Positions 1 to 9,800 of a stretch of 29,139 bases of DNA are shown here, in pieces. How positions within the stretch are numbered: position 1 is the stretch's first letter; each line of letters begins with the position of its first letter. Under the pieces are notes generated by a model, which was given only the letters and a program-made list of their open reading frames with translations, was not told the DNA's origin and did no database searches. Source of the stretch: a virus (Duplodnaviria; Caudoviricetes); the IMG/VR virus record IMGVR_UViG_3300029930_000011, positions 1-29,139 of that record. One strand, given 5' to 3'. Position numbers and translations under genes: made by a program.

Positions 1-198
1 CTCTGCCAGGAGAATACGGGGAGCAACAACTACAATCGTTTGATCAGAATATCCACAGTGAAACTGCAGTTCTGCATCACGGATCATCTTCAAAGTCTTA
101 CCACCACCAGTAGGAACAATGATCTGTCCCTTTGTATGCTGTTGCATCAGATCCACAGCACGTTCTTGGTGAGGACGAAGTTCGATCACAGGTCTCAT
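1..198 (-). CDS. SF2 (DEAD/DEAH-like) helicase, N-terminal 66 aa, runs off the window; not in the ORF track
   Basis: Manual translation from ATG at 198: MRPVIELRPHQERAVDLMQQHTKGQIIVPTGGGKTLKMIRDAELQFHCGYSDQTIVVVAPRILLAE. Shows Q-motif LRPHQ, Walker A PTGGGKT and motif Ia VVVAPRILLA. Confidence 0.9.
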   Translation of the reverse strand, partial: MRPVIELRPHQERAVDLMQQHTKGQIIVPTGGGKTLKMIRDAELQFHCGYSDQTIVVVAPRILLAE

Positions 199-211
199 TG
201 CGTATGAAACT

Positions 212-240
212 ATTATAGCAGAAAACCGCCCCTGGTGCGA
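212..240 (-). promoter_or_regulatory. sigma70-type (early) promoter of the helicase, extended -10
   Basis: Minus strand TGCTATAAT (220-212); weak -35 TCGCAC (240-235) 17 bp upstream; 13 nt before the ATG. Confidence 0.7.
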
Positions 241-299
241 CCCAATGGACGGTTCTTAAAGTGGCTTAGACCTTTGTGTTCAACCTAGGCAAAGGTATT

Positions 300-641
300 C
301 TACTTGGGTTCTTGTGTGTTGTCAAGACCAAGATCACTTTGGATTGTAGAAAATCTATCTTCCCAGTTGGATGAATCTACTCCCCATTTTTCAAGAGGAC
401 AGGAATCCAAGATCATTCTTGCTTTTGCGGGAATATAACATCCACATTCTATACAACGATTTTCTAATTCATCAAACTTATCACAAGATTTACAAGTTGT
501 TGTTCTTTCTTTGTAAACCTCATCAGATACAAATAAAACTTTATCTTGATTTTTTGAAAGATAGTTAAGTAAATCCCAAGTAAATCCAGCAAGGTTTTTT
601 CCTTGTTGTATTAGTGAAGGATACTGTTGGTCTTCGGACAT
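300..641 (-). CDS. Small Cys-rich protein (DUF6171-like), probable metal binder
   Basis: Pattern R-x3-CKSC-x8-CIECGC-x3-K-x6-SCP-x2-KW, recognised by eye; has its own late-promoter-like box. Confidence 0.7.
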   Translation of the reverse strand: MSEDQQYPSLIQQGKNLAGFTWDLLNYLSKNQDKVLFVSDEVYKERTTTCKSCDKFDELENRCIECGCYIPAKARMILDSCPLEKWGVDSSNWEDRFSTIQSDLGLDNTQEPK

Positions 642-663
642 ATTTCAATTCAGTAACTAAAAA

Positions 664-671
664 TATTTAGA
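664..671 (-). promoter_or_regulatory. T4-type late promoter variant TCTAAATA
   Basis: Lies 22 nt upstream of the ATG at 641; the same octamer recurs before three other genes. Confidence 0.6.
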
Positions 672-675
672 GTGC

Positions 676-1923
676 TCAATAAATGCTTCCTTTAACTGTA
701 CTCGAATTAATAGATCCAGAAACATCATATCTACCACCATCAGTTGAGTTAATAGCTTTACCTTCTATTCCCGCAAAGTATTCATCTGTTACCTCTTGTC
801 CGTGTTGTGCCCAGTCACCACCATCACCACCTCTTCCACCATCTTCACCCCTTCCTGCCGCTGGAACTCTATTTCCACCACAAGGTGTTGTAGAATCTGC
901 ACCAGGATTACCAGGTTCACCAGATGTAGAACCGCCTTGATTATTATATCCTCTTGCGTTTCCACCCTTTCCACCTCTACCACCAAGACCTCCTAGGAGA
1001 GTAGTTCTCTTTTCACAGTTACGACCTTGGAGATATTGGGAACACGCAGTGCATCCGCAGTTAAATAAACCACAACAATAACTATAACTTTGACAGCAAC
1101 CACCGCGCCAAGTTGATACTTCAGTAAATCCACCTGGGCACCCAGGCATCCCTCCACAACCCTGTGTTCTTGTACCTTCTACACACAATCCGTCAGAACC
1201 ATTTCTTCCTGTTCTTCCTCTTTCACCTCCTCCACCACCTGCCCAAACTCTAGAACCAGATGAGATGAAAACTCTACAATTATTTCCTACGGCATTAAAC
1301 TGAAGAGCATGAAATCCATTTTCACCATCCTGATCACCATTACTTGTTCCAGCTGGGTTAAACCAGTTTCCTCCTCCTCTACCACCAAATCCTAGAATAG
1401 AACCATAAACTTCAATTCTTACATTATGTACAGTAAATCCGGTAGCTAACTGTGCAGCTGCTTGTCCTGTTTGAACACTACCACAGGTTCCAGTAATTTT
1501 AATAAACTTTTGAATATTTTTAGTGTGATTTCCAGTAAATCCCCCACTCACACCATCTCTACCACTATCGCCACCACCAGACCAATCAATACCTGTCATT
1601 ACCAGTGACGAATTGTATCTACCCATTCTAAATCCAGGTTCATTTGGATTTGATGAATTGTCATCAGTTCCACTTTGAGTTGCAGTATATCTTTTTACTG
1701 AATTTCTAAACTGCGACAGTTTTAAATTAGAACCAGTAGATATTTGTTCATTCTCTGTAGAATCTGGTACAACTGGGTTTTCTGCCGATGTACTGGTGTT
1801 CCTTCTAAGATCTAATGCACTAATTACACCACTAGATCTTTCTGCGAAATTTGTCCTTAAAGAACTAAACGAAATAGGTCCGCTGGAATAATAAGGACCT
1901 GATTTTACTACTGAAACTGACAT
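676..1923 (-). CDS. Glycine-rich receptor-binding protein, T-even gp38 adhesin-like, with Cys-rich insert
   Basis: Gly-rich blocks GSILGFGGRGGG, VWAGGGGGERG, GGLGGRGGKGGNA and GEDGGRGGDGGDW separated by variable loops; follows fibre genes. Confidence 0.65.
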   Translation of the reverse strand: MSVSVVKSGPYYSSGPISFSSLRTNFAERSSGVISALDLRRNTSTSAENPVVPDSTENEQISTGSNLKLSQFRNSVKRYTATQSGTDDNSSNPNEPGFRMGRYNSSLVMTGIDWSGGGDSGRDGVSGGFTGNHTKNIQKFIKITGTCGSVQTGQAAAQLATGFTVHNVRIEVYGSILGFGGRGGGNWFNPAGTSNGDQDGENGFHALQFNAVGNNCRVFISSGSRVWAGGGGGERGRTGRNGSDGLCVEGTRTQGCGGMPGCPGGFTEVSTWRGGCCQSYSYCCGLFNCGCTACSQYLQGRNCEKRTTLLGGLGGRGGKGGNARGYNNQGGSTSGEPGNPGADSTTPCGGNRVPAAGRGEDGGRGGDGGDWAQHGQEVTDEYFAGIEGKAINSTDGGRYDVSGSINSSTVKGSIY

Positions 1924-1938
1924 TACTCAATGCCTCCT

Positions 1939-3918
1939 TTAATGGAAATCGGTCCAGGCAATTCCAGTATATCCTTGGAACTTTTTGGTGGTTGTATTAA
2001 AAACAATTGCACCTTCATAAGTTGATAACCCTGTTCGCTGCCCATCAGTTACAATCGGAACGATCATAAATGATCCCACTCCACCAAAATGATTACTTCC
2101 AGCTCCGCTGAAATCTGCGGCAGATCTATATTGTGTTGTGCCAACACCAATTGCACAAGTTGAATCCAGAATAACAATCGTGCTATTAATTCCCGAAACT
2201 GAATTTGAACTTAAAGTTGTTGTTCCACCATACACACCAACTCCACTTCCATCATCTAGATTTGTACCACCAATTGCAACACTTTGGAGAACACTTGAAC
2301 CAACAACACTTAATGAATTGGTTGTGGTTGTTGTTCCAATACCAATATTACCAAACAATCCTAGTTTATTTCTTGCATCTAGTGGAGCAGTTGGTAGAGT
2401 TGTTCCAATACCAACGGATGATCCAACTGTTAAGTTGTTTGATACTGATGCATTGTAAATTGTCGAAACACCAGATGTTTGATAAACTCTTGTCGCCTCA
2501 ACGGCAAAAATGTTTCCAGATAGGCTACCAGAAACAGTTACATTTCCAGAAATACTTACATTTCCACCAAACCATGCATTTCCAGTTACGGTAGAAGTTC
2601 CAACAACATGAATTTTGTGATCAGGATTTGTTTTACCAATACCCAAGTCTCCACCATAAGTCAGGGTCATTAATGGAGCAGCAAGATTCTGTCCATAGAA
2701 CCATTTAAATGATCCAGTTGTAAATCCAACAACTGGGAATCCAGCATTTAAATAATAGTTGAAATCACCTTGATCACCATTAATCAAATCAAATGCTCTA
2801 GCAGTATTACCAAATCTGATTACTGCAGTGCTGTCGCCAATGCCAGCACCAGATGTTTTCTGCTGTCCAAGAATGATCTGCGACTCACTAGATCCGATAA
2901 GTTCTATTTCTGCAAGACCAGTTTTTAATATTTGGACATCTTTAGTTGGAGTTACTGATCCAATACCAAGTTTTCCACTAAACGATGCCGAAAGTGCAGT
3001 TCCTCCAGCACCAATATGTAATGATTGAGTAGTTACAATACCTGTTACATTAGCGTTTGTGGCACCTATACTTGTAACACTTGTAATACTTGTTGCTGCA
3101 ATTGAAGTTGCAGTAATGTTATTAACTAGAATATCTGGATTGCCAATCAAACTTCTTGCGGTTGTTGCAATACCAATCAAGTTTCCTGTCACATTTCCAG
3201 TGACATTTCCAAAAATATTTCCACCAACTGTTCCAATAAATCCACCAGTTGCTGTTACAACTCCAGAAAGATTTAAATTATTGGGTATGTTTGAATTGGC
3301 AAGTTGAGGAACTCTCGCAGTAGCGATTGTTCCTGATGAAATATTATCGGCATTGATGAGAGTTAGATTAGAACCAACACCATAAAACTGACTTGCTGTA
3401 ATAATACCTGTAGCACGAATATTACCAGTTGAATCTATTCCAACACCATTTGTAAATGCGCCAAGATTATTTGTACCAGCAACTTGGAACGCATATCTGG
3501 GATCATTGGTGCCGACACCGACAAAACCTGTTGCATAAATGCTGGTAAATCCCAAACCAACATCAGTATCAATCCATTGAGATGTTGGAAGGTTTAATAG
3601 ATTTGCCCCATCACCATAATAAGTAACAACACCAGTTCCAGATGCGGTTATAATTCCACTTCTAATACTGACACCAGCCCCAATGATACTGGTGGATATT
3701 GATAAGTTTTCAATTGTTCCCGTAGTTACGGTTAATGATGGCGTATAAATCTGATTTGCCGTAACTAATCCAACGATTTTTGCCGTGCCACGAACATCTA
3801 AAATTTCCGTTGGAACGGTTGTTCCAATTCCAACCAGACCAAGCGGATTTACAACTAGATTATCATCATCAACCTGAACACCATTGCGAAAATTAAATGT
3901 CTTTCTGATATTCGCCAT
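1939..3918 (-). CDS. Tail fibre / virion structural protein
   Basis: Repeated (V/I)G(I/V)GT(T/N)xP motifs, GNVTGNVTGN repeats and a Gly/Thr/Ser-rich beta composition; C-terminal GAIVFNTTTKKFQGY...W motif. Confidence 0.8.
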   Translation of the reverse strand: MANIRKTFNFRNGVQVDDDNLVVNPLGLVGIGTTVPTEILDVRGTAKIVGLVTANQIYTPSLTVTTGTIENLSISTSIIGAGVSIRSGIITASGTGVVTYYGDGANLLNLPTSQWIDTDVGLGFTSIYATGFVGVGTNDPRYAFQVAGTNNLGAFTNGVGIDSTGNIRATGIITASQFYGVGSNLTLINADNISSGTIATARVPQLANSNIPNNLNLSGVVTATGGFIGTVGGNIFGNVTGNVTGNLIGIATTARSLIGNPDILVNNITATSIAATSITSVTSIGATNANVTGIVTTQSLHIGAGGTALSASFSGKLGIGSVTPTKDVQILKTGLAEIELIGSSESQIILGQQKTSGAGIGDSTAVIRFGNTARAFDLINGDQGDFNYYLNAGFPVVGFTTGSFKWFYGQNLAAPLMTLTYGGDLGIGKTNPDHKIHVVGTSTVTGNAWFGGNVSISGNVTVSGSLSGNIFAVEATRVYQTSGVSTIYNASVSNNLTVGSSVGIGTTLPTAPLDARNKLGLFGNIGIGTTTTTNSLSVVGSSVLQSVAIGGTNLDDGSGVGVYGGTTTLSSNSVSGINSTIVILDSTCAIGVGTTQYRSAADFSGAGSNHFGGVGSFMIVPIVTDGQRTGLSTYEGAIVFNTTTKKFQGYTGIAWTDFH

Positions 3919-3932
3919 CGTTGTTTTTTAGT

Positions 3933-3940
3933 TATTTATT
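3933..3940 (-). promoter_or_regulatory. T4-type late promoter AATAAATA
   Basis: Overlaps the stop of the upstream gene; 14 nt before the ATG at 3918. Confidence 0.65.
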
Positions 3941-6848
3941 TGTTATAATTATCTTTGAGATCATCAATATCATTTTTAAGATCTTTAATTGATTCAATTA
4001 GAAGTGGAATAAGTTTGTCATATTTCACAGTCAAATAGTTATTATCTGCTGGAGCAGGTGCCACTGCTTCTGGAAGAACTTCTTGAACATCTTGCGCCGA
4101 AACTCCAGAGTGTCTTTTATTTGGATCAAATCCTATTTTTTCTCCAGTTTCATTAAAGTTATAGGTAAATCCGTTGAGTTTTTCAACTTTATCTAGAGCA
4201 TTCTCAATACACTTTTGATTTCCTTTCAATCTTTCATCAGAGACAAATGCGAAAATATTACCACCAGCAGATATTTCTCCAGCACCAGTAACTGTTAGTG
4301 TTGCTCCAACTATTGAACCTGGTGTTCCAGATGTTATGGTTGGGACAGATGCTATCGACGCCGTTCCAGATGATGCACTCGCAGTTGTTGTGGGTGCAGT
4401 TGGTAGTGTGGGGGATGTTATTCCGTTGTAAAAATAATATATTTGAGTTCCTACTTTTTGGAAAGTACCATTTAATACGGTAATTTCCATATTATTCCAG
4501 GCATCGGCACCATTACTATCACTCAACTGAACTCTTTTGTTATTTGTAGGATCAACTCTAATTGCAATTCGATCAAGTCTACCGAACTGAGTTCCATCTG
4601 AATCTGTTGCTGGACCACCACTCGCATTGACACGATTATTAGATCCAACTAGATAATATCCATTTCTGATTTCTAATGTAATTGATGTTCCATTTGATAT
4701 AGAACTACTAAACATTTGAATACCATAGATTCCTAGGGTGTTTCGATCAGCTGCATTGTGAGTTATCGTAAATCTTTCATTAACTCTCTCACTACTTGAA
4801 ATACCATATGTTGGTGTAAAGGTAGGATTTGGAGTTGTAGTTGTCGTTGTAAATTGGTAGAGAATTTTAACTGGAGTCCCCATTGTGTTGTATGGAACTC
4901 TATGCCAGTTTGTATCAGTTGCACTTGTTGGTGCGATACCAGTAAAAAAGTTTGTTTGATCTTCAATATTATTTCTTAAATATGTTTTAAGATTTAATGG
5001 AGACAAGTTTCTATTATTTTGTATCAGACAAGCTATTAATCCGGCGGCAACTGGACAGGCAGAACTTGTCCCATTAAAATATCTGTCATTAAATCTAGCA
5101 GTTGTTGAGATTTGATATGGATTTTGATATTGATCAGCAAAAGGCGTGGTTACGACATTAGTAGCGTGTGATGCTGATAGATTTCCATCACCTGGTGAAT
5201 AAAAATCAACTCCAGTTCCTCTATTTGTGTAATCCCCGTCAGTTGCGGATCGTGTCTCTCCAGATCTAGCTAGTCTTTCTTTACCAGATCCTGCAGCAAG
5301 ATATGTACTATTCGTTTCTCCACCACCACTAGAAAAAGCTCCAGTATATTCGTCATCAATTGCCCCAATTATGAATGTTTTATATGCAGTTTCTCCGTTT
5401 CTATATCCAATTTGTGATGGATAACCAGGTCTATTTAAATATCTAGTTCCAAGACTACTACCATCGGCAACAAAATAGTTGTTGAAATTTGGATCAGTTG
5501 GAGATGCAAGATATCTGCCATTATTACCAGCTGCTACGACGACTATTACACCAGAATCAACAAGTTCTCTACCTGCTTCAATGTAAGTAGTGTCATCTCT
5601 AATGAAAATTGGATATCTGTTTTCTATCCTTTTGGTTTGTAAAAAACTGACATCGGTAAGAGATTCTGTCCTAACTGCATCTCCACCTTGGTAGGAATAA
5701 AATCCTCCACCAATAGGAACTGAAGAAAAAAGTTCCCAACTATTTGATGAAACTGTTGGATTTTTAGATCCAAATTTTGGATTATTTGGTTTGTTTTGAT
5801 GAAATATTTTTTGAATATCAAAAACTGTTTCGTCATTAACACCACCTGTTGCGCCTGTAAAATCTTTCGATATTGCCCATTTGTTAGCATTAAATGCCCA
5901 TCCAAAGTTTTTTCCATATGTTAAGGATGCACATGGAGTTCCGTGATCACCTGCTGCTGTCGTTGCTGGTGGTGTTGTTCTATTTGCGCCACAATGATTT
6001 GCACGTGTGTAATCATTTGGGATCACAATTCTTCCAAAATCAGGATATCCTGAAGATCTTTTATATCCAGCTCCAGAAGAACCTCCATCCCACCATTCTC
6101 TAGCAACACTTTCCTTTGGAACTAGTGTGCCGTCCCATCTTCTTTCTAATCTTGTTGATGGACTGGCATCAAACCATTGTGGATCCAAATAATAAGGTGC
6201 ATCAAGAACAAGATCTAAAACTCCACATGTTCCACTTCTTGATAGAACATTTCCTCGTATATAATTGGGGGGTGTATATTCATCATATGTAAACTCTGGA
6301 TGTCCAAAAAATACACCATTATCAACTACAATAACATCAATATCAGTGCCATCATAATTATATTCAACATTTTGATTTAATACAGTATTTGGATTTGGTG
6401 GCCACGGATTATTTTTTTGAGCAGATCTTAAGATCTGATATCCAGTTCTATAAAATTCTCCCGATGTCGCACCATCATAAAGTCCTACGGGTGGAGCTTG
6501 TGTGTAATTAATTCCATCATTGCTGACTTTTAATGCTCTATAATTTCTTACAGCAGTTGGATATTTGAGAACCGATAAAGAAGACTTTGGTATAACATTT
6601 TCGTGATAATCAGGATCTAAATTTATACAATTAATACGAGGATCATTTCTTAATATTTCGGATTCTTCATCCGTCATTAAATAAGTGCTTCTTGTCGGAC
6701 TATGGGGAATTTCTTTAACACACTCTAAAGATCTAGACGGAATATTATCTTCTAATGTTCCATCCTGCATCAATAATTTATGAACAACACTCCAATCTTC
6801 AGCAGTTTTGGCTACGATCTGATAATACTTTTTTTCCATTTTTATCAC
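3936..6848 (-). CDS. Subtilisin-like S8 serine protease fused to a C-terminal peptidase S74 intramolecular chaperone; probable virion appendage
   Basis: Intact triad motifs DVIVVDNG, GDHGTPCAS and NGTSSACPVAAG, plus oxyanion VVAAGN. C-terminus SDERLK...GVSAQDVQEVLPEAV...VKYDKLIPLLIESIKDL. Confidence 0.9.
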   Translation of the reverse strand: MIKMEKKYYQIVAKTAEDWSVVHKLLMQDGTLEDNIPSRSLECVKEIPHSPTRSTYLMTDEESEILRNDPRINCINLDPDYHENVIPKSSLSVLKYPTAVRNYRALKVSNDGINYTQAPPVGLYDGATSGEFYRTGYQILRSAQKNNPWPPNPNTVLNQNVEYNYDGTDIDVIVVDNGVFFGHPEFTYDEYTPPNYIRGNVLSRSGTCGVLDLVLDAPYYLDPQWFDASPSTRLERRWDGTLVPKESVAREWWDGGSSGAGYKRSSGYPDFGRIVIPNDYTRANHCGANRTTPPATTAAGDHGTPCASLTYGKNFGWAFNANKWAISKDFTGATGGVNDETVFDIQKIFHQNKPNNPKFGSKNPTVSSNSWELFSSVPIGGGFYSYQGGDAVRTESLTDVSFLQTKRIENRYPIFIRDDTTYIEAGRELVDSGVIVVVAAGNNGRYLASPTDPNFNNYFVADGSSLGTRYLNRPGYPSQIGYRNGETAYKTFIIGAIDDEYTGAFSSGGGETNSTYLAAGSGKERLARSGETRSATDGDYTNRGTGVDFYSPGDGNLSASHATNVVTTPFADQYQNPYQISTTARFNDRYFNGTSSACPVAAGLIACLIQNNRNLSPLNLKTYLRNNIEDQTNFFTGIAPTSATDTNWHRVPYNTMGTPVKILYQFTTTTTTPNPTFTPTYGISSSERVNERFTITHNAADRNTLGIYGIQMFSSSISNGTSITLEIRNGYYLVGSNNRVNASGGPATDSDGTQFGRLDRIAIRVDPTNNKRVQLSDSNGADAWNNMEITVLNGTFQKVGTQIYYFYNGITSPTLPTAPTTTASASSGTASIASVPTITSGTPGSIVGATLTVTGAGEISAGGNIFAFVSDERLKGNQKCIENALDKVEKLNGFTYNFNETGEKIGFDPNKRHSGVSAQDVQEVLPEAVAPAPADNNYLTVKYDKLIPLLIESIKDLKNDIDDLKDNYNK

Positions 6849-9800
6849 TTATTGTTTTTAAGATCTTCAATTTCTTGCTTGAGTTCTTTGATTGCCTCAA
6901 TTAGCAATGGAACTAACTTATCATATTTAACACTTAAATAGTTGGGATTGAGTGGGGCAGGAGTGACAGCCTCTGGAAGAACTTGCTGCACTTCTTGTGC
7001 AGAAACACCAGAATGAGAAATGGATGGATCATAACCCAGAGATTGTCCAATATCATTAAAGTTATAAGTAAATCCTCTGAGTGAAAGAACTTTGTCTAGA
7101 GCATTATCAATTGGTTTAATGTTTTCTTTCAATCTCATATCAGAAGCAAATGCAGTGATATCACCACCAGCAATAATATCACCAGAAACAGAAACTGATG
7201 CTCCAGTAATTGCTCCACTTACTGTGAGACTTGCACCAGTAATGGCACCAGTTGCTGCCATTTTTCCCGTGGCTTCAACACCATCAGTAACAGTTTTGAA
7301 TTTAAGATTGGCATCATAGTACAAACTAGCAGATCCATTTTCTTCAAACAGAGCTAATTGTTCTGATCCATTTGCACTCTTTACACTCAGTGTATTTGTA
7401 TTGACAAATAAACTTCCTGTTCCACTATCAGTGATGTAGGAGTTTGAACCATCGTGAGTTATAGTTAAGTCATCACTGTTTCCAAACTTTAATATACCAG
7501 CATCGTAAAGTTTAACGTTTCCGCCAAAGAAAGCATTTTGGGCAACACTTAATATACCACATATATTGGTGTTCTTTCCAATACCAACACCACCAGTAAC
7601 AACTAAAGCACCAGTTGTGCAACTTTCTGATTGTCTATCATTTCTAAACTCAACAGTTCCACCCACTCTTAGATTATTATTCAGAATTAACTGACGATTC
7701 ATTCTTACATCTTCGTTGAAAGTCACTGGACCTTCAAACTGAGAAAGAAGTTGATTGGAGTTTCCACCCTCTACAAGAATTCTTTCCTTAACAATGACCT
7801 CATCAAATACAACACTTAATCTGTTTGGATCTTGTCCAGTTACAGTTGGTTTTGGAATATCATAAGAAATAACGGTGCCACTGGCAGCAGCTGTCTTAGT
7901 ATTTCCACTGAAAACATCACCATTACTGTTCATACCAGTGTAGAGAACAGATCCACAAGCAGTTTCTTGTGATTGTGCAAGGAAATCTTCTCTCTCGGTC
8001 AATGTCTTGAGTTGAACCTGTGGCAATCCAGTTGAATAGTTGCCAGGACCATATCCAAGATATTCGAATGTATGTCCAGATGCTCTTGCAATAGATGGAC
8101 GATGGAACTGAACAGGAGCGAGTTTAATTTTTCTGATTGGAACTCCACTTGAATGATTTTCAATGATTGTTCCCATTGATCCACGAATTACCGTGATCTC
8201 ATCATTGCTAGCGCCACTCAAAGTGCTGCTCGTAATTCTCATAATCTCATTATCAATCTGAATATAAGATCCAAGTGGGAATCTCCCAGTTGTTCCAATT
8301 CCAGAGGATTCTCTCAATCTAACTTTGAACGAAGCATCAGATCCAATGCTTTCGTTAAGAACCATTGTTTCTCTATCATAAATGATAAGTCCTCTTATAC
8401 CAAGATTTTCTCCAAGTTTATCCGCACTTGCGCTGTTAGCGGACAAACCATGTTTTAAGAGATAATATGCATCAGAAATTGATTTATCAGTTTTTGCAGA
8501 GAAAGTTCTTACACTGCTTGATGTGCCAACAACAAAATCTCCAAGATTGTTGTTGCTTGAATCTAAAATTCTAAATGAACTACCAGCAAGAAGTCCATGA
8601 TAAGATCCAGCTAAGGCACTGAATGTAGAAATGCCTGTTGTATTATCATAACTATCTTGCTGAATAATTGAAAAAGGTCCTAAAGGAACTACATATTGCC
8701 CAGCGACCGCTATAGGATCTCCTGCGGTTTTTGCAATCGAAATCGCACTTTTGTTTGATGTACTTGAAATTCTAAAATATCCGCCAGCGGTTGTACCAAT
8801 ACCAGTGACCTGAATATAGTTATCTCCTGTAGTGGAGATACCTGCAGTGGTAATTGTAATGTTAGCCTGTGGAGTTCCACCAATTTTAGAACTGTCAAAG
8901 TATAAAGTTTCACCAGTTGTGTATCCAGAACCACCCTCAGTAATGGTGGCAGATGTAACTGCGCCACCACTAACTGTTACAGTTGCGGTCGCTCCATCCC
9001 AAACCGCAGATGCAGGAGAAGAAGCATCATTGAATAGTTTTACGTTATAATAAGTGCCATTTGTATGACCAGATCCACCATTTAATGTTGTATACTGCTT
9101 AACACCAGCAAGTTGATGCTCTCTTGATAATGTAAGTGTCGCAGAGCTTGTTGAGTTTGATACTGAAGAGATTTCAATTCCATAATCAAAAGTTTTATAA
9201 AACTTGTCGATTGTTTCTCTTGTGATACTCTTTTTGAGATCATTAGTAACTATATCACCAAGAGGAGATCTCTTGGCATATGTTTTTGCCGATTGTGGAT
9301 TATCGTTATAATTGTCTTTATCTAGTTGTGGATATAGGTCAACTAGATTTTGTGAATACTTAAGATCAGTAAATTCGGTTACAATGGAGTTAGATGCGTT
9401 TAATAAGTAGAGGTAATATACGCCATCTTGAACTCCATAGATGTATGGAGAAATAACTTCTTTTCTATAAACATAAAGATTTGATTGGCAGTCACTTCGT
9501 TCAAATCTTGGAAGTGCAGTTGTTCTAATGTTTGTATTATTTGTAAAACTTCCTACATCGTGTACAATACCGAAAACATCTGTTGTTGAATAAGTGAAGC
9601 TCTTATCGTTAACTACAGAGACAACATTAAATGTTCCGTTATATCCACGATTTACGGTTCCTGCAGTATTACTAGAACTCGTAACATTTTTAATAATAAT
9701 CTGATCGTTTACTTTCAAATTATGTGGTTTATCAGTTAAGACTGTAACGATTGCTGGAGGACCAGAATCATAAGTACAAGTTGTTATAAATCTTGGATTA

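Noticed and set aside
3960-7145. Repeated fibre C-termini as a diversity-generating retroelement TR/VR pair
   Set aside because: Differences are not adenine-specific, both copies are coding S74 domains, and no reverse transcriptase is in the window.
7185-7260. Short tandem repeat (GAITGASLTVS/GAITGASVSVS) and GNVT repeats near 3180-3225
   Set aside because: Ordinary beta-repeat units of fibre shafts, degenerate at the DNA level.
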